A stretch of 64,000 bases of DNA, from contig CBDETY010000003.1 of NCBI GenBank assembly GCA_965243025.1, positions 1,088,001 through 1,152,000 of the forward strand, read 5' to 3'. This DNA comes from Candidatus Latescibacterota bacterium (lineage in GTDB: Bacteria > Latescibacterota > UBA2968 > UBA8231). Below, piece after piece: positions 1 through 9,032 of the stretch. Made by a program: the position numbers and the translations under genes. The notes beneath the pieces were generated by a model that did no database searches, was not told the DNA's origin, and saw nothing but the letters and a program-made list of their open reading frames with translations. Every line of letters starts with the position of its first letter. Position 1 is the first letter of the stretch.

Positions 1-530
1 ATGCCGTGCTGCGCCCATTCGCTCGCCAGCACCTCGTTGAGCACGATGACCCCGGCCTTGGCGGCGTTGTAGGCCGCCCGCATCGGCCATCCGCCCATGC
101 CGCCGATCGAGGCGACGGTGACGACGTTGCCCGACTGCTGCGGGATCATCGCCCGGCCGACCACCTCCTGAGTGGTGAAGAAGACGCCGTTCAGCAGGAC
201 GTCGATCTGGCGGCGCCAGTCCTCCTCGGGAAACTCCTCGGACCGGTGGGCGGTGAAGATGCCGGCGCTGTTGACGAGGATGTCGATGCGCCCGTGTTCG
301 TCCAGCACGGCATCGACCAGGGCGGAGCAGGACTCCGGCCGGCTGACGTCGAGCTGTATCGCCCGGGCGCGGTACCCCTCCGCCCGCAGGCCCGCGGCCG
401 CCTCTTCCCCGCGGTCCGGGACCAGCTCGCCGATGACCACCCGCGCCCCCTCGCCGGCCAGGGCGCGGGCGACTCCGAGTCCTATCCCCTGGCCGGCGCC
501 GGTGACGACCGCTGTCCGGTCCTCGAGCAT
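1..530 (-). CDS. SDR family NAD(P)-dependent oxidoreductase (3' end runs off the window)
   Basis: Manual translation from ATG at 530: MLEDRTAVVTGAGQGIG (TGxxxGIG), VNNAG, catalytic AYNAAK (YxxxK). Not in the ORF track because it is truncated by the window edge. Confidence 0.9.
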   Translation of the reverse strand, partial: MLEDRTAVVTGAGQGIGLGVARALAGEGARVVIGELVPDRGEEAAAGLRAEGYRARAIQLDVSRPESCSALVDAVLDEHGRIDILVNSAGIFTAHRSEEFPEEDWRRQIDVLLNGVFFTTQEVVGRAMIPQQSGNVVTVASIGGMGGWPMRAAYNAAKAGVIVLNEVLASEWAQHG

Positions 531-540
531 GACGCGGCGC

Positions 541-819
541 TCAGGGGCCCTTAACGGTCCGGTCTCCGAGGTGTTCCTTCATTCTGGAGATCAGCTCGTC
601 GTCGTCGGCGCTCGCCAGCACCATCTCCGAGAACTCCTCCGACTTCAGCTCCGCTTCCTCCAGGAAGCGCTGGTCGGCCGGTCACGGGAAGATGTAGTCG
701 CCGATGCGCCCGGCCTGCCAGGCGCGCGCCTTGTCCGCTATGCGGGCGAGCCAGGGAATGCCGCCGATAACGAGTCCCCGGGCCCGGGGTTTGAAGTCGA
801 GGTTGTCCGATTCGCTCAT
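541..819 (-). CDS. DUF5069-like small protein, putative selenoprotein (UGA at codon 46), 92 aa
   Basis: AGGAG RBS then ATG 819: MSESDNLDFKPRARGLVIGGIPWLARIADKARAWQAGRIGDYIFP-UGA-PADQRFLEEAELKSEEFSEMVLASADDDELISRMKEHLGDRTVKGP*. The family-like pattern (LxRxxDKARA...G..GDY.[YF]PCP.D..FL) continues across the UGA at 684-682, and a hairpin follows it. Confidence 0.8.
639..677 (-). promoter_or_regulatory. Putative bacterial SECIS element
   Basis: mRNA after UGA: CCGG-CCGAC-CAG-CGCUUCC-[UGGA]-GGAAGCG-GAG-CUG-AA-GUCGG. Perfect 7-bp apical stem, G at loop position 2, and the loop starts 19 nt after the UGA. Confidence 0.7.
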
Positions 820-876
820 GGTTGTTGCTCCTGAATCAGGGGTCGGGTGGGTGAAACAGGCTGTAAATCCGTGAAT

Positions 877-1926
877 TCACTTGCTTCCGGCATCGACCCG
901 GCCGGGTTCCGAATCCCGCATCCTCACAATCCATTCAGGGGAGAGGAGACGGGCGAACTGCCTCCTCAAGCCCGTGGTCATGGTATCGTCCCCGAGGGGG
1001 GCGGCGACCGCGGCGCAGAGCTGGCGCAGCCGCAGGTCCGGCTGCCGCCATGCCTTCAGAAGCGCCCGGTGCGGCTCGTGCCCGGGGCGGTCGAGGGCTC
1101 CGCAGAGCCTGGCCGCGGCGTTCAGGTGGAAGAGGATGTGGTGGCCATCGAGGGCGAACGCCCTGCGGGCCCGGCCACCCGGGGCCGAGCGCGCGTACCG
1201 GCGGGCGGCGGTGCGGTCGAGGAGGCCGGCGAAGCCGCCTTCGGCGCCCGCTCCCAGGCCGGTGGCGTACTGCACCAGCCTCCGCTCCGGCCAGTCCCAG
1301 CCGATCTTGGCGAACTCGATGAAGCTGACGGCGCCGCTGCCGGGGTCGACGACGACGTTGCGGGCGTTGTAGTCGGTGCTGCCGAGGCTCGGCTCCTCAC
1401 CGGCGAGCCGGGAGCAGAGCTCGTCGATCAGTTCCTCGAGCTTCCGGAGAGCCGGCCCGTCCCCCTGCCCGAAGCGGCGCAGAAGTCCGTGCAAGCCGTC
1501 CAGGGCGCCGCCGCGAACCTGGTCGAGGACGGCCGGGAGCCGGTCGCGGGAAGCAGCGGGAGAGACGTGGGGCTCCAGCTCCGGCCGGCAGTCGGCGAAG
1601 GCCTGCTCGAGCCGCAGGAACCCGCTGACGAGCCGCTCCCGCAACCGCTGGCGGCTCTCCGGGCCGGAGCTGCGGGCCGCGTCGTCCAGGGTCTCGTCTC
1701 CCACGTGCTCGAAGAAGATGATGCCCGCCGACGGATCGGAGCCCAGAACCCGGGGCACCGGGCATTTCCGTTCCCCCAGCAGGGCGAGAACCCGCTGTTC
1801 CACGGCGAGCAGGTCGTCGGCCCGGCCCCGGGTGAGGCCGGCGAAGGGCTGGCGCTTGGCGACGGCGCGGCGGCCGCCGTCGAGGTCGAGCCTCCAGACC
1901 CCGGCTGCCAGTTCGGTCGCGGTCAC
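877..1926 (-). CDS. Aminoglycoside phosphotransferase/choline kinase-like protein
   Basis: VAKR lysine, VPRVLG, STDYNARNV (HxDxxxxN variant) and FIEFAKIG (DFG variant). The GTG start at 1926 overlaps the upstream stop (GTGA). Confidence 0.7.
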   Translation of the reverse strand: MTATELAAGVWRLDLDGGRRAVAKRQPFAGLTRGRADDLLAVEQRVLALLGERKCPVPRVLGSDPSAGIIFFEHVGDETLDDAARSSGPESRQRLRERLVSGFLRLEQAFADCRPELEPHVSPAASRDRLPAVLDQVRGGALDGLHGLLRRFGQGDGPALRKLEELIDELCSRLAGEEPSLGSTDYNARNVVVDPGSGAVSFIEFAKIGWDWPERRLVQYATGLGAGAEGGFAGLLDRTAARRYARSAPGGRARRAFALDGHHILFHLNAAARLCGALDRPGHEPHRALLKAWRQPDLRLRQLCAAVAAPLGDDTMTTGLRRQFARLLSPEWIVRMRDSEPGRVDAGSK

Positions 1927-2300
1927 TCTTCCCCGAACAGGATGATCTGGGAGGAGAGCTTGCCGGCCTGGTTGTTGTGTTCGGGATTCTCGTTCATCGC
2001 CAGGTGGAGCAGTCCGTCGCGGTCGCAGAGGAAGTCGTGGCGGCTGCCGACGGCGAAGGGCGGGCCGTCGTCGCCGACGCGGGCGATCAGCATGCCGACG
2101 TTGGCCCCGGGCAGCAGGTATCCCTCCTCCGCCGGGAGGTTGTACACCCCGTCGGCCCCGCACCAGGCGATCTGGTTGCGCATGTCCGGCGACCAGACCT
2201 CCTCGGTGTCGATGACCACCCGCTGTCCCCGGCGCAGGCGGATCAGGGTATCCTGCCACTCGGGGCTGGGGCGGACGGTGCGGATGACGGTCAGTGCCAT
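1923..2300 (-). CDS. Hypothetical protein, LecA/PA-IL-like beta-sandwich
   Basis: RBS AGGAAGG then ATG 2300. WQDTxIxL..GQ.V.I, G.LIARVG..G.PF.VG and G.L.LAMN...NN.G pattern recalls PA-IL-like domains. Confidence 0.55.
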   Translation of the reverse strand: MALTVIRTVRPSPEWQDTLIRLRRGQRVVIDTEEVWSPDMRNQIAWCGADGVYNLPAEEGYLLPGANVGMLIARVGDDGPPFAVGSRHDFLCDRDGLLHLAMNENPEHNNQAGKLSSQIILFGEE

Positions 2301-2544
2301 GGTCCTTCCTGCGGGGTTCGGCCGCCTGTGGCGGCGGTGTGAGGAACGTCGATGCTCGCCGGATCCGGGGCATGCCCAAGATAGGCCGGGACCGCCGGGA
2401 GCGTCCATTGCCCACCCCGGCTCCTCCAGGGCCGTCGGCCCTCCACTCCTGTCTGGTTGTCCGGCTCGTCCTGGTCCCCTTCCCGATTGCTCAGTACAGC
2501 CCCGCCATCCGCAGGCCCGGGGACTCGGTACTGGCGCGGAGAGA

Positions 2545-2976
2545 TCAGTGCCGGATCAGGACAAGGGCCTGGAGGCCGCCGGGAACTCGTGAGGGATCGA
2601 TGTGGGAATCCAGAGTGGCGAAACGGCCGCCGCGATGTACGGCCAGGGCCAGCAGGTAGGCGTCGGTAAGCTGCTTCGAAGTGATGCCCTGAAGTGACGG
2701 CAGCGTGCGACTGTCGGCCGCGGAGATGCTGTCCTCCCAGAACAGGTGCCCCGGTACGGAACGCAGGCGCTGGAGCAGAGGCCGGACCTTTTCAGGCGAC
2801 CCGGGCCCTCCCGGGTACCCGGGGTGACCCATGACCCGCAGCAATCCGTTCTCAGTCAGTGGGCAGGTTACCCAGCCTTCAGCCCGGTATGCGCGGAACC
2901 ACTGCGCTGCCGGGCGATGGTGGACGTGATCGGCGTCGCAGAGCGCGACGAGGAGGTTCACGTCCAGCAGGTTCAC
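2545..2976 (-). CDS. vapC: PIN-domain toxin, VapC family
   Basis: LLDVNLLVAL, TENG, LTDAYLLALA and FATLD PIN motifs; overlaps the antitoxin stop. Confidence 0.92.
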   Translation of the reverse strand: MNLLDVNLLVALCDADHVHHRPAAQWFRAYRAEGWVTCPLTENGLLRVMGHPGYPGGPGSPEKVRPLLQRLRSVPGHLFWEDSISAADSRTLPSLQGITSKQLTDAYLLALAVHRGGRFATLDSHIDPSRVPGGLQALVLIRH

Positions 2977-3212
2977 CCGGTCTCCTCATCCAGAAGCCTC
3001 CCGACGATTTCCGCGGTAACGCGGGCACCCCGGGAAGGAAGGTGGGGCAAACCGTCATCGTCCACCTCGAAGAGGGCCGGCGTTGAAGCGCCGTGGTGAA
3101 CCTCTCGTTCGAGAGCGTGGGTGACTATGGCCTTCAGAGTGGTGCCGCGGCGGGCTGCCATGGCCTTCGCCGCACGCAGGAGGGCATCGGGAAGCTCGAT
3201 GGTCGTCTTCAT
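2973..3212 (-). CDS. vapB: VapB-type RHH antitoxin
   Basis: MKTTIELPDALLRAAK ribbon-helix-helix N-terminus, 79 aa, directly upstream of the PIN toxin. Confidence 0.88.
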   Translation of the reverse strand: MKTTIELPDALLRAAKAMAARRGTTLKAIVTHALEREVHHGASTPALFEVDDDGLPHLPSRGARVTAEIVGRLLDEETG

Positions 3213-3373
3213 ATGGGTGATGATATGGTTTTATGGGTCAAGGTCAATGGCAAGTTTCGGAGTCGGTTCCAGGCATCGCAGGAGGGTCTCGCCGGATCAA
3301 CCGGAGGTTCGGCCGTCCTGGAATTGATGCGATTCGGACTGGCGCAGGCAGCGCCCCCGGAACTGCGAAGCTG

Positions 3374-4408
3374 TCAGTCGGAGTCGGTGACGACGTTGTG
3401 CCTGGCCCGGCGCTTCTCCCGCATCGCCGCGTGGGCATCGGGGGAGCCGTCGTGGCTGGTGCCGAACCAGTGGTCGAACGGGAAGTCGGGCTCGCCGTAG
3501 TTGCACTCGAAGTAGCGGTGGTGGAGCTGGTGGAAGTAGGAGCCCGCGGCGACCCCGGCGTCCCCCTTCAGCAGCAGCTTCTCGAAGCCGACGTGGCCCT
3601 GGGCCGGTGTGAAGGCGGCGTGCTGCCCGTTGAGCACCATGTGTATCGGGTGGGACGGCACGACCCAGTGAACGAGCATGCAGCTGAAGTAGAGGACGTG
3701 CTCGAGCGGGTGCATTGCCAGCCCGGACCAGGGGCCGACGTTGATGTTCCTGTGGTGGAGGTAGTGGCCGGCCCTGTAGAGCGGCGGCCAGTGCAGGAGG
3801 CGGTGGACCCAGTAGAAGTGGAAGAGGCGCCAGAGCTGGATGCCGCAGAGCCAGGCGGCGAAGTACAGCGGCTGCTGCCGCGGGTCGACGTAGGGCAGCA
3901 TGCCGTTGGCGTAGGCCCAGGTCATCAGCACCTCGTACGCGGTCCAGACCGTGCAGCCGCTGGCGCAGCTCCAGAAGATGTTGTCGCGGAGCTGGCTCCC
4001 CCCGAGGAACTTGCGCTTTCCCGTCGCCATCCAGTCCGAGGTGTACTTGAAGCGGAGGCCCTGGGATTTCCGGGTCCAAAGCGGCAGGTGCCAGGCGCTG
4101 ACGACGACAATCAGCATCAGCTGGTTGCGCGCGAACATCTCGAGGATCCAGTCGGCCCGGAACTCGACGCAGCGGGAGAGCGCCGGCTGGAAGTGGAGCC
4201 AGGTGAGGGCGGCGATCCCCATGTAGAGGAGGTTCCAGGGGTAGAGGTACCCCGGGAAGCCGAACAGCCACTTGAGCGCCAGGCCCGGTTTCAGCGGCCA
4301 GGAGAACCAGGGATTGGCCGGCGCCGTGCCCCGCTCCGGCTGCCAGAACCCGCGCCCGTCGCGGCGCATGCCGTCGATCGGTTGCCGTTGCCTCGGGGTA
4401 TCCGTCAT
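3374..4408 (-). CDS. Sterol desaturase/fatty-acid hydroxylase family membrane protein
   Basis: His boxes HRLLH, HYLHH and HQLHH; NYG; hydrophobic segments. Confidence 0.9.
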   Translation of the reverse strand: MTDTPRQRQPIDGMRRDGRGFWQPERGTAPANPWFSWPLKPGLALKWLFGFPGYLYPWNLLYMGIAALTWLHFQPALSRCVEFRADWILEMFARNQLMLIVVVSAWHLPLWTRKSQGLRFKYTSDWMATGKRKFLGGSQLRDNIFWSCASGCTVWTAYEVLMTWAYANGMLPYVDPRQQPLYFAAWLCGIQLWRLFHFYWVHRLLHWPPLYRAGHYLHHRNINVGPWSGLAMHPLEHVLYFSCMLVHWVVPSHPIHMVLNGQHAAFTPAQGHVGFEKLLLKGDAGVAAGSYFHQLHHRYFECNYGEPDFPFDHWFGTSHDGSPDAHAAMREKRRARHNVVTDSD

Positions 4409-4450
4409 CGTCGCTGCCTGTGCCTTTGCGGACGCGGGGAAGGGACGGGG

Positions 4451-5242
4451 TCAGACCTTCTGCAGCGACGCCCAGCGGTCGTAGTAGAGGTGAATGGACT
4501 CGGGCAGGAACTCGCGCGCCCCCGGGTTCAGCATGAAGGCGCACCGGCCCGGCTCCGACTTTTCCTCCTCCTCGTCGAAAACCTGAAAACTGGTGGAGAT
4601 GGTCAGCCTTTCGCGCCCCGGGGTGGCGGCGGAGCGGTGCAGGCAGTCGCCGTTCCAGAAGATCGTCTGCCCCGCCTTGAGGTCGACGACCATGTCTCCT
4701 GGCAGCCTCTCGTGGCGGCTGTCCCGCATCGCCGCGTACTCCTCCCCGGTGCGGAAGCGGCGGTGGCTGCCGGGAATCAGCGAAAGCGCGATGTCGTCGA
4801 CCATCGCCATCTCCCAGCGGCAGCCGCGCCGGGGCTGGCGCAGGTACTCCATCTCCTCTTCTTCGCCGCGGTCCATCACCAGGCCGTCGTCGCGGTGCCA
4901 GCGGATGTTGAACGGCTCGTTCTCCGGATTGGTGAACATCGCCATCGGGCCGATGCGGATACCGGTGCCGATCTGCCCGTGCACGTAGTCGAGCAGGGCC
5001 CGGCAACCGTAGTATTCGGCGAAGACGGGTTCGCCGAACTCCGGGGCGTTCAACCCGACGATGTGGTAGGGCTCCCCGTCGCCGTGGAAATCGGTGTAGA
5101 GGTCGACCTCGCCGGCGCGGACCTTCTGCCTGATTCTCCGCGCCGCGGCGCGCATCTCCCCGGTCATCCCCGGTTCCTGGGCGTCGTCGACGATGAAGTA
5201 CCCGAGCTCGTCGAAATCCTTGAGGTGCTGCTCCGTCAGCAT
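4451..5242 (-). CDS. Phytanoyl-CoA dioxygenase (PhyH) family protein
   Basis: MLTEQHLKDFDELGYFIV, WHRD, IPGSH, LHRS...R; start chosen at ATG 5242. Confidence 0.88.
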   Translation of the reverse strand: MLTEQHLKDFDELGYFIVDDAQEPGMTGEMRAAARRIRQKVRAGEVDLYTDFHGDGEPYHIVGLNAPEFGEPVFAEYYGCRALLDYVHGQIGTGIRIGPMAMFTNPENEPFNIRWHRDDGLVMDRGEEEEMEYLRQPRRGCRWEMAMVDDIALSLIPGSHRRFRTGEEYAAMRDSRHERLPGDMVVDLKAGQTIFWNGDCLHRSAATPGRERLTISTSFQVFDEEEEKSEPGRCAFMLNPGAREFLPESIHLYYDRWASLQKV

Positions 5243-5438
5243 CGGTTTCCGAACCCCTCCTGTGTCCGGGGTCAACCGTTCAGGGCGAAGAACAGGCATA
5301 GCATACGGCCTGCCGGGGGGCATGTCGATTGTTCTGTCGTTGGAGGCGGGCGTCCTGTCCGTGTCCCACCGGCTCGCCCCGACCCTTTCATCCGTTCTGT
5401 TCCTGCGGGGCGGGAGCCCACGGACCGGTGGCGGGCTC

Positions 5439-7109
5439 TCATTCCAGGGGAAAGAAGATCGACTTCCTGCGCCAGACCTTGAGGCTCTCGAGCCGGGCCC
5501 GGCCCCCCAGCGCGAACAGCCCGGCCCCGAGGCTGTCCTCCCGGGCGGGGTAGAGACGGTCGCTGGCGCAGGCGCGCCGGTTGGCGAACACCTCGAGTGT
5601 GGAGCGGTCGAGGAAGAGGTGCAGCCGGAGCCGCTCTCCCGGCTCGAGGTCGAGCGGGGCGGCGCTGACCGTGCGGCCGGTGTCCGGCTCCAGGCTCGAT
5701 TTCGTCGTGTCGACTCCCAGCACCGCTTCCCCGCGGTCGTAGCGGACGACGGTTTCCTCCTCGCCGCCGGGGGAGCGCCGCAGCTGCAGCCCCACCTCCC
5801 GGGCCCCGCCCGGATCGATCTCCGCGGCCATTTCGAGGCAGTCCCCCTGGACCGGGGCCAGCGCCAGCGGGCGGTCGGGGGCCAGCTCTTCCCCGGCGAA
5901 CTCCCAGTCCGGCTCGCCGCTCGAGCAGACCTCCGGCGCCGGGTCCATGAGCAGGCGGTCCCCCTCGCCGAGCTCCAGAACCCGGGGCAGGGAGAGGACC
6001 CCGGCCCAGCCGTGCGGGTTGCCGGCGACCAGCCGCCGCTCCGCCAGCACCCCGAACAAAATGCGGCGGCCCGCCGGATCGAGCAGGGTGCGGGCGCAGT
6101 GGAAGCAGGCCATCGGGTGGGTGTCGAGGAACCCCTCGGACTCCGGGGTGAAGCGGTGGCCGCGGTACTCCCCGACCATGTAGACTGCCTTGCCGGAGCG
6201 GCCGCGCGAAGTCGCCGCGGCGAGCAGCACGTGCCTGTCCCCGAGCGGGAAGAAGTCCGGCACCAGCCAGCGGTTGTACTCCGGGTCGGAGCCGACGCAC
6301 AAGGGGTGCATGTACTCCCAGGAGATCAGGTCGGGGGAGCGGTAGAGAAGCACGGCGCCGCCGACCCCGAGGAAACCGCAACCGAGCCCCATGTACCAGG
6401 TCTCTCCCTCCCGCCACACGTGGGGGTCGTGCCAGGCGGTGAGCTGGCCGCGGGTTTCGTCCTCCTCGACGGCGTCGAGCCGGCGCCCGTCGATGGCGCG
6501 GTCCTGCCCCTCCTGTTCCAGCCACCGCCGCGGTGAGGGGAGCACCCCCTCGGTCCAGACCGGGGCTTCCGGGCGCTGCGAGGGATCGGCAAGCCCGGGC
6601 GGGGGATGGGGGATCACGGGATTGGCAGGGTGCTTGTGCCAGGTCAGCATGCCGTCGTCGCTGGTGGCGATGCACTGCGACCTGCCCAGCATCACCGGCG
6701 CGTCCTGCAGGCCGTGAAGGATGCCGGTGTAGACGAGGGTGGGGACGCCGCGGTCGATCACCGCCGAGCCGCTGAAGCAGACCTCGCGGTCGTAGAGAAT
6801 GGGAGGAATGCCCGAGCGGTCCAGGCTCCTGACCAGGTCGGAGCGGGCGAAGGCGGCGTAGTAACCGGCGCCGAACGGGGTCGGTCCGATGGCGACCGGG
6901 CGGTGCTCCCAGTGCACGAGGTCGCGGCTGACCGCATGCCCCCAGGAGGCGTTGCCCGAGGTCGAGCCCATGTAGGGGTCGAACTGGTAGAAGACGTGGT
7001 ACTGGCCGTCGTGGTGGATGGTCCCGTCCGGACCGCCGCCCCACCACCCGAGGGGGGGCGAGAAATGGTAGAGCGGGCGATGGGGGTCGATCGACCTGTC
7101 GAAGTTCAT
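5439..7109 (-). CDS. GH32 (beta-fructosidase) fold protein with altered catalytic residues
   Basis: YHVFYQ, WGHAVSRDLVHW, FSGSA, HDP and the C-terminal FLDRSTLEVFAN are present. WMNDPNG is replaced by WGGGPDG and WECPD by WLVPD. Confidence 0.85.
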   Translation of the reverse strand: MNFDRSIDPHRPLYHFSPPLGWWGGGPDGTIHHDGQYHVFYQFDPYMGSTSGNASWGHAVSRDLVHWEHRPVAIGPTPFGAGYYAAFARSDLVRSLDRSGIPPILYDREVCFSGSAVIDRGVPTLVYTGILHGLQDAPVMLGRSQCIATSDDGMLTWHKHPANPVIPHPPPGLADPSQRPEAPVWTEGVLPSPRRWLEQEGQDRAIDGRRLDAVEEDETRGQLTAWHDPHVWREGETWYMGLGCGFLGVGGAVLLYRSPDLISWEYMHPLCVGSDPEYNRWLVPDFFPLGDRHVLLAAATSRGRSGKAVYMVGEYRGHRFTPESEGFLDTHPMACFHCARTLLDPAGRRILFGVLAERRLVAGNPHGWAGVLSLPRVLELGEGDRLLMDPAPEVCSSGEPDWEFAGEELAPDRPLALAPVQGDCLEMAAEIDPGGAREVGLQLRRSPGGEEETVVRYDRGEAVLGVDTTKSSLEPDTGRTVSAAPLDLEPGERLRLHLFLDRSTLEVFANRRACASDRLYPAREDSLGAGLFALGGRARLESLKVWRRKSIFFPLE

Positions 7110-7412
7110 TTCCCGGGGAATCTACGGATTTCGGGGTCGCCGGAGACCGGGCTTGACCCGGCCCCGGCGGGGCGGCACTGTAACCGCCATGGTTGGTCAA
7201 GCAATTCCGGTACGGCAATTCCCGAGGGCCCGGGGATCCTCCCCGGGCGGGGTACCGCACGTGTCCGGGGGCTCGGGGATCCCTGCCGGAACAGGGCAAG
7301 GGGGCAGGCAGGGAACCGCCCTGGCCGGTCCTGGGCCCTCGACGAGTCCTGTCCCGGAATGGCGGGGGCAGACTGAGGGACCTTGCCCGGACCCGCGAGG
7401 GGAGCGGGGGGC

Positions 7413-8147
7413 GTGAAGGCGCTCCTGGCTGCGGCGCCGCTTGTTCTCGCCGCATCGCTGCTCCGGTGCGGGCCTTCCGAGTCGGCCGCCAGCCATTACG
7501 AGCGCGGGCAGGCCCACCTCCGCGCCGGCAGGTACCTCGAGGCGGCCGGGGAGTACCGGCGCGCCGTCGAGCTGGAGCCGGGGTTTGCGAGGGCCCACGC
7601 CAAGCTCGGCCTCAGCCACGCCCTGCGGCTGGAGCTCGGCGAGGCGCTGGAGTCGATCCGCATGGCCATTTCCCTCGAGCCGGACAACGGCTTTTTCCAC
7701 ATGTACCTGGGGAAAGTCCACATGCTGCAGGCGGACGGCGACCGCGCGGAAAGGGCCTACAAACGGGCGATAGAGCTCGGTCTTCGCAGGGCCAAGCCGT
7801 ACTTCGACCTCGGGGTGATCAGCGAGCGCCGCAACCTCCTCGACGAGGCGGAGCGCTACTACAGCCAGGCGATCGAGGTCGTTCCCGACTTCGGATCCTC
7901 GTACTACCGCCTCGGACTGATCTCGGAAAAGCGGGGGGACGTCCAGCGCGCCGCCAGGCTGTACGCCCAGGCGCTGAAGCTGTCCCCGGGAAACGACTCC
8001 GCCCACTACCGGCTGGGGCGGCTGCTGATCGCGCAGGGGAAGGCGGAGGAGGGTGCCCGGCATCTCGAGCTGTTCCGCAAACTGAAGGCGGACGGACACC
8101 CTGCGCCGGATCAGTCGAAGGCGACCAGCGTCGCCTCCTCTCCCTGA
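7413..8147 (+). CDS. TPR-repeat protein, probable lipoprotein
   Basis: GTG 7413, hydrophobic leader ending LLRC, about 6 TPR repeats. Confidence 0.8.
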   Translation: MKALLAAAPLVLAASLLRCGPSESAASHYERGQAHLRAGRYLEAAGEYRRAVELEPGFARAHAKLGLSHALRLELGEALESIRMAISLEPDNGFFHMYLGKVHMLQADGDRAERAYKRAIELGLRRAKPYFDLGVISERRNLLDEAERYYSQAIEVVPDFGSSYYRLGLISEKRGDVQRAARLYAQALKLSPGNDSAHYRLGRLLIAQGKAEEGARHLELFRKLKADGHPAPDQSKATSVASSP

Positions 8148-8188
8148 CGGACCTTGACCAGGCGGTTGGCCGGCAGGCCGCGCAGCCT

Positions 8189-9007
8189 CTAAGCCCAGGC
8201 TGCGCGGGCACGGAAGAACGCCACCTCCCGTTCGAGGGCCGCCCTGAACCCGTCCCCCGGGATCTCGAACTCGCAGTGGATGGACATCGGGCCGTCGAAC
8301 CCGAGGCGGTCCAGCTCCGCGAAGACCCCCGTCCAGTCGACCATGCCGCCCCCAGCCTCCACCCAGCGCACCTGCACGCTGCCGTGGCCGTTCCGTTCTC
8401 CCCGCTCCAGCAGGGCGTCCTTCAGACCGAGGATCGACAGGTGCTCCCCGACGATGGCGGTCGCCGTCGGGAACTCCTCCCCTTCGACCACGAGGTGGCA
8501 GGGGTCGAGGTAAACCCCTATGTGCCGCGGGTCGAAGCCGCGCACGAGATGGGCCATCATGCCGGCGTTGAGGCCCATGCAGCCGTGCGAGTGGGTGTGG
8601 TGGCAGACCTTGACCCGGTGCTTCTCCGCCAGCCGGCTCCAGCCGTCGAAGGCGGTTCTGATGCGGTCGACCTCGCTCCAGTAATCCTGCGACAGCGGAT
8701 CGAACTTGAAGTAGCCGAGTTTCAGCAGGCGGACGTTGGCGGCGTCCATCGCCCCGAGGATCGGCTCGGCGGTTTCGTCATCGGGCAGCAGCAGGTCGAA
8801 GTTGCCGGTGACCATCGGCACGGCGAGCCCGGCCCCGCCCAGGGCGCGCACCGCGCCGACAAGCACGGCGGCGGCGTTGTCCGGGTTGATCGGGTACTCC
8901 GGGCGCACGCAGAGGTCGTACCCCTCGAGGCCGAGCTCGTGGGCGAGGTCGATCAACTGCGGAACGTTGTGGTCCTTGACGCTCTTGGTGAACATCACGA
9001 CGGCCAT
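8189..9007 (-). CDS. Sugar phosphate isomerase/epimerase (xylose isomerase-like TIM barrel)
   Basis: GLEGYDL, LDPCH, LKD, G.G.VDW, GFDGPMSIHCE. Confidence 0.85.
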   Translation of the reverse strand: MAVVMFTKSVKDHNVPQLIDLAHELGLEGYDLCVRPEYPINPDNAAAVLVGAVRALGGAGLAVPMVTGNFDLLLPDDETAEPILGAMDAANVRLLKLGYFKFDPLSQDYWSEVDRIRTAFDGWSRLAEKHRVKVCHHTHSHGCMGLNAGMMAHLVRGFDPRHIGVYLDPCHLVVEGEEFPTATAIVGEHLSILGLKDALLERGERNGHGSVQVRWVEAGGGMVDWTGVFAELDRLGFDGPMSIHCEFEIPGDGFRAALEREVAFFRARAAWA

Positions 9008-9032
9008 GGGATTCCTTTCGATTCCTTTCGTG

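Noticed and set aside
682-819. 45-aa peptide or nonsense pseudogene reading of the DUF5069-like gene
   Set aside because: Not excluded but less likely: the UGA falls at the expected Cys column, family-like sequence continues after it, and a SECIS-like hairpin follows.
2545-3212. vapBC as a marker of a prophage or integrated element
   Set aside because: No integrase, att sites or phage genes adjacent; it appears to be a solitary TA pair.
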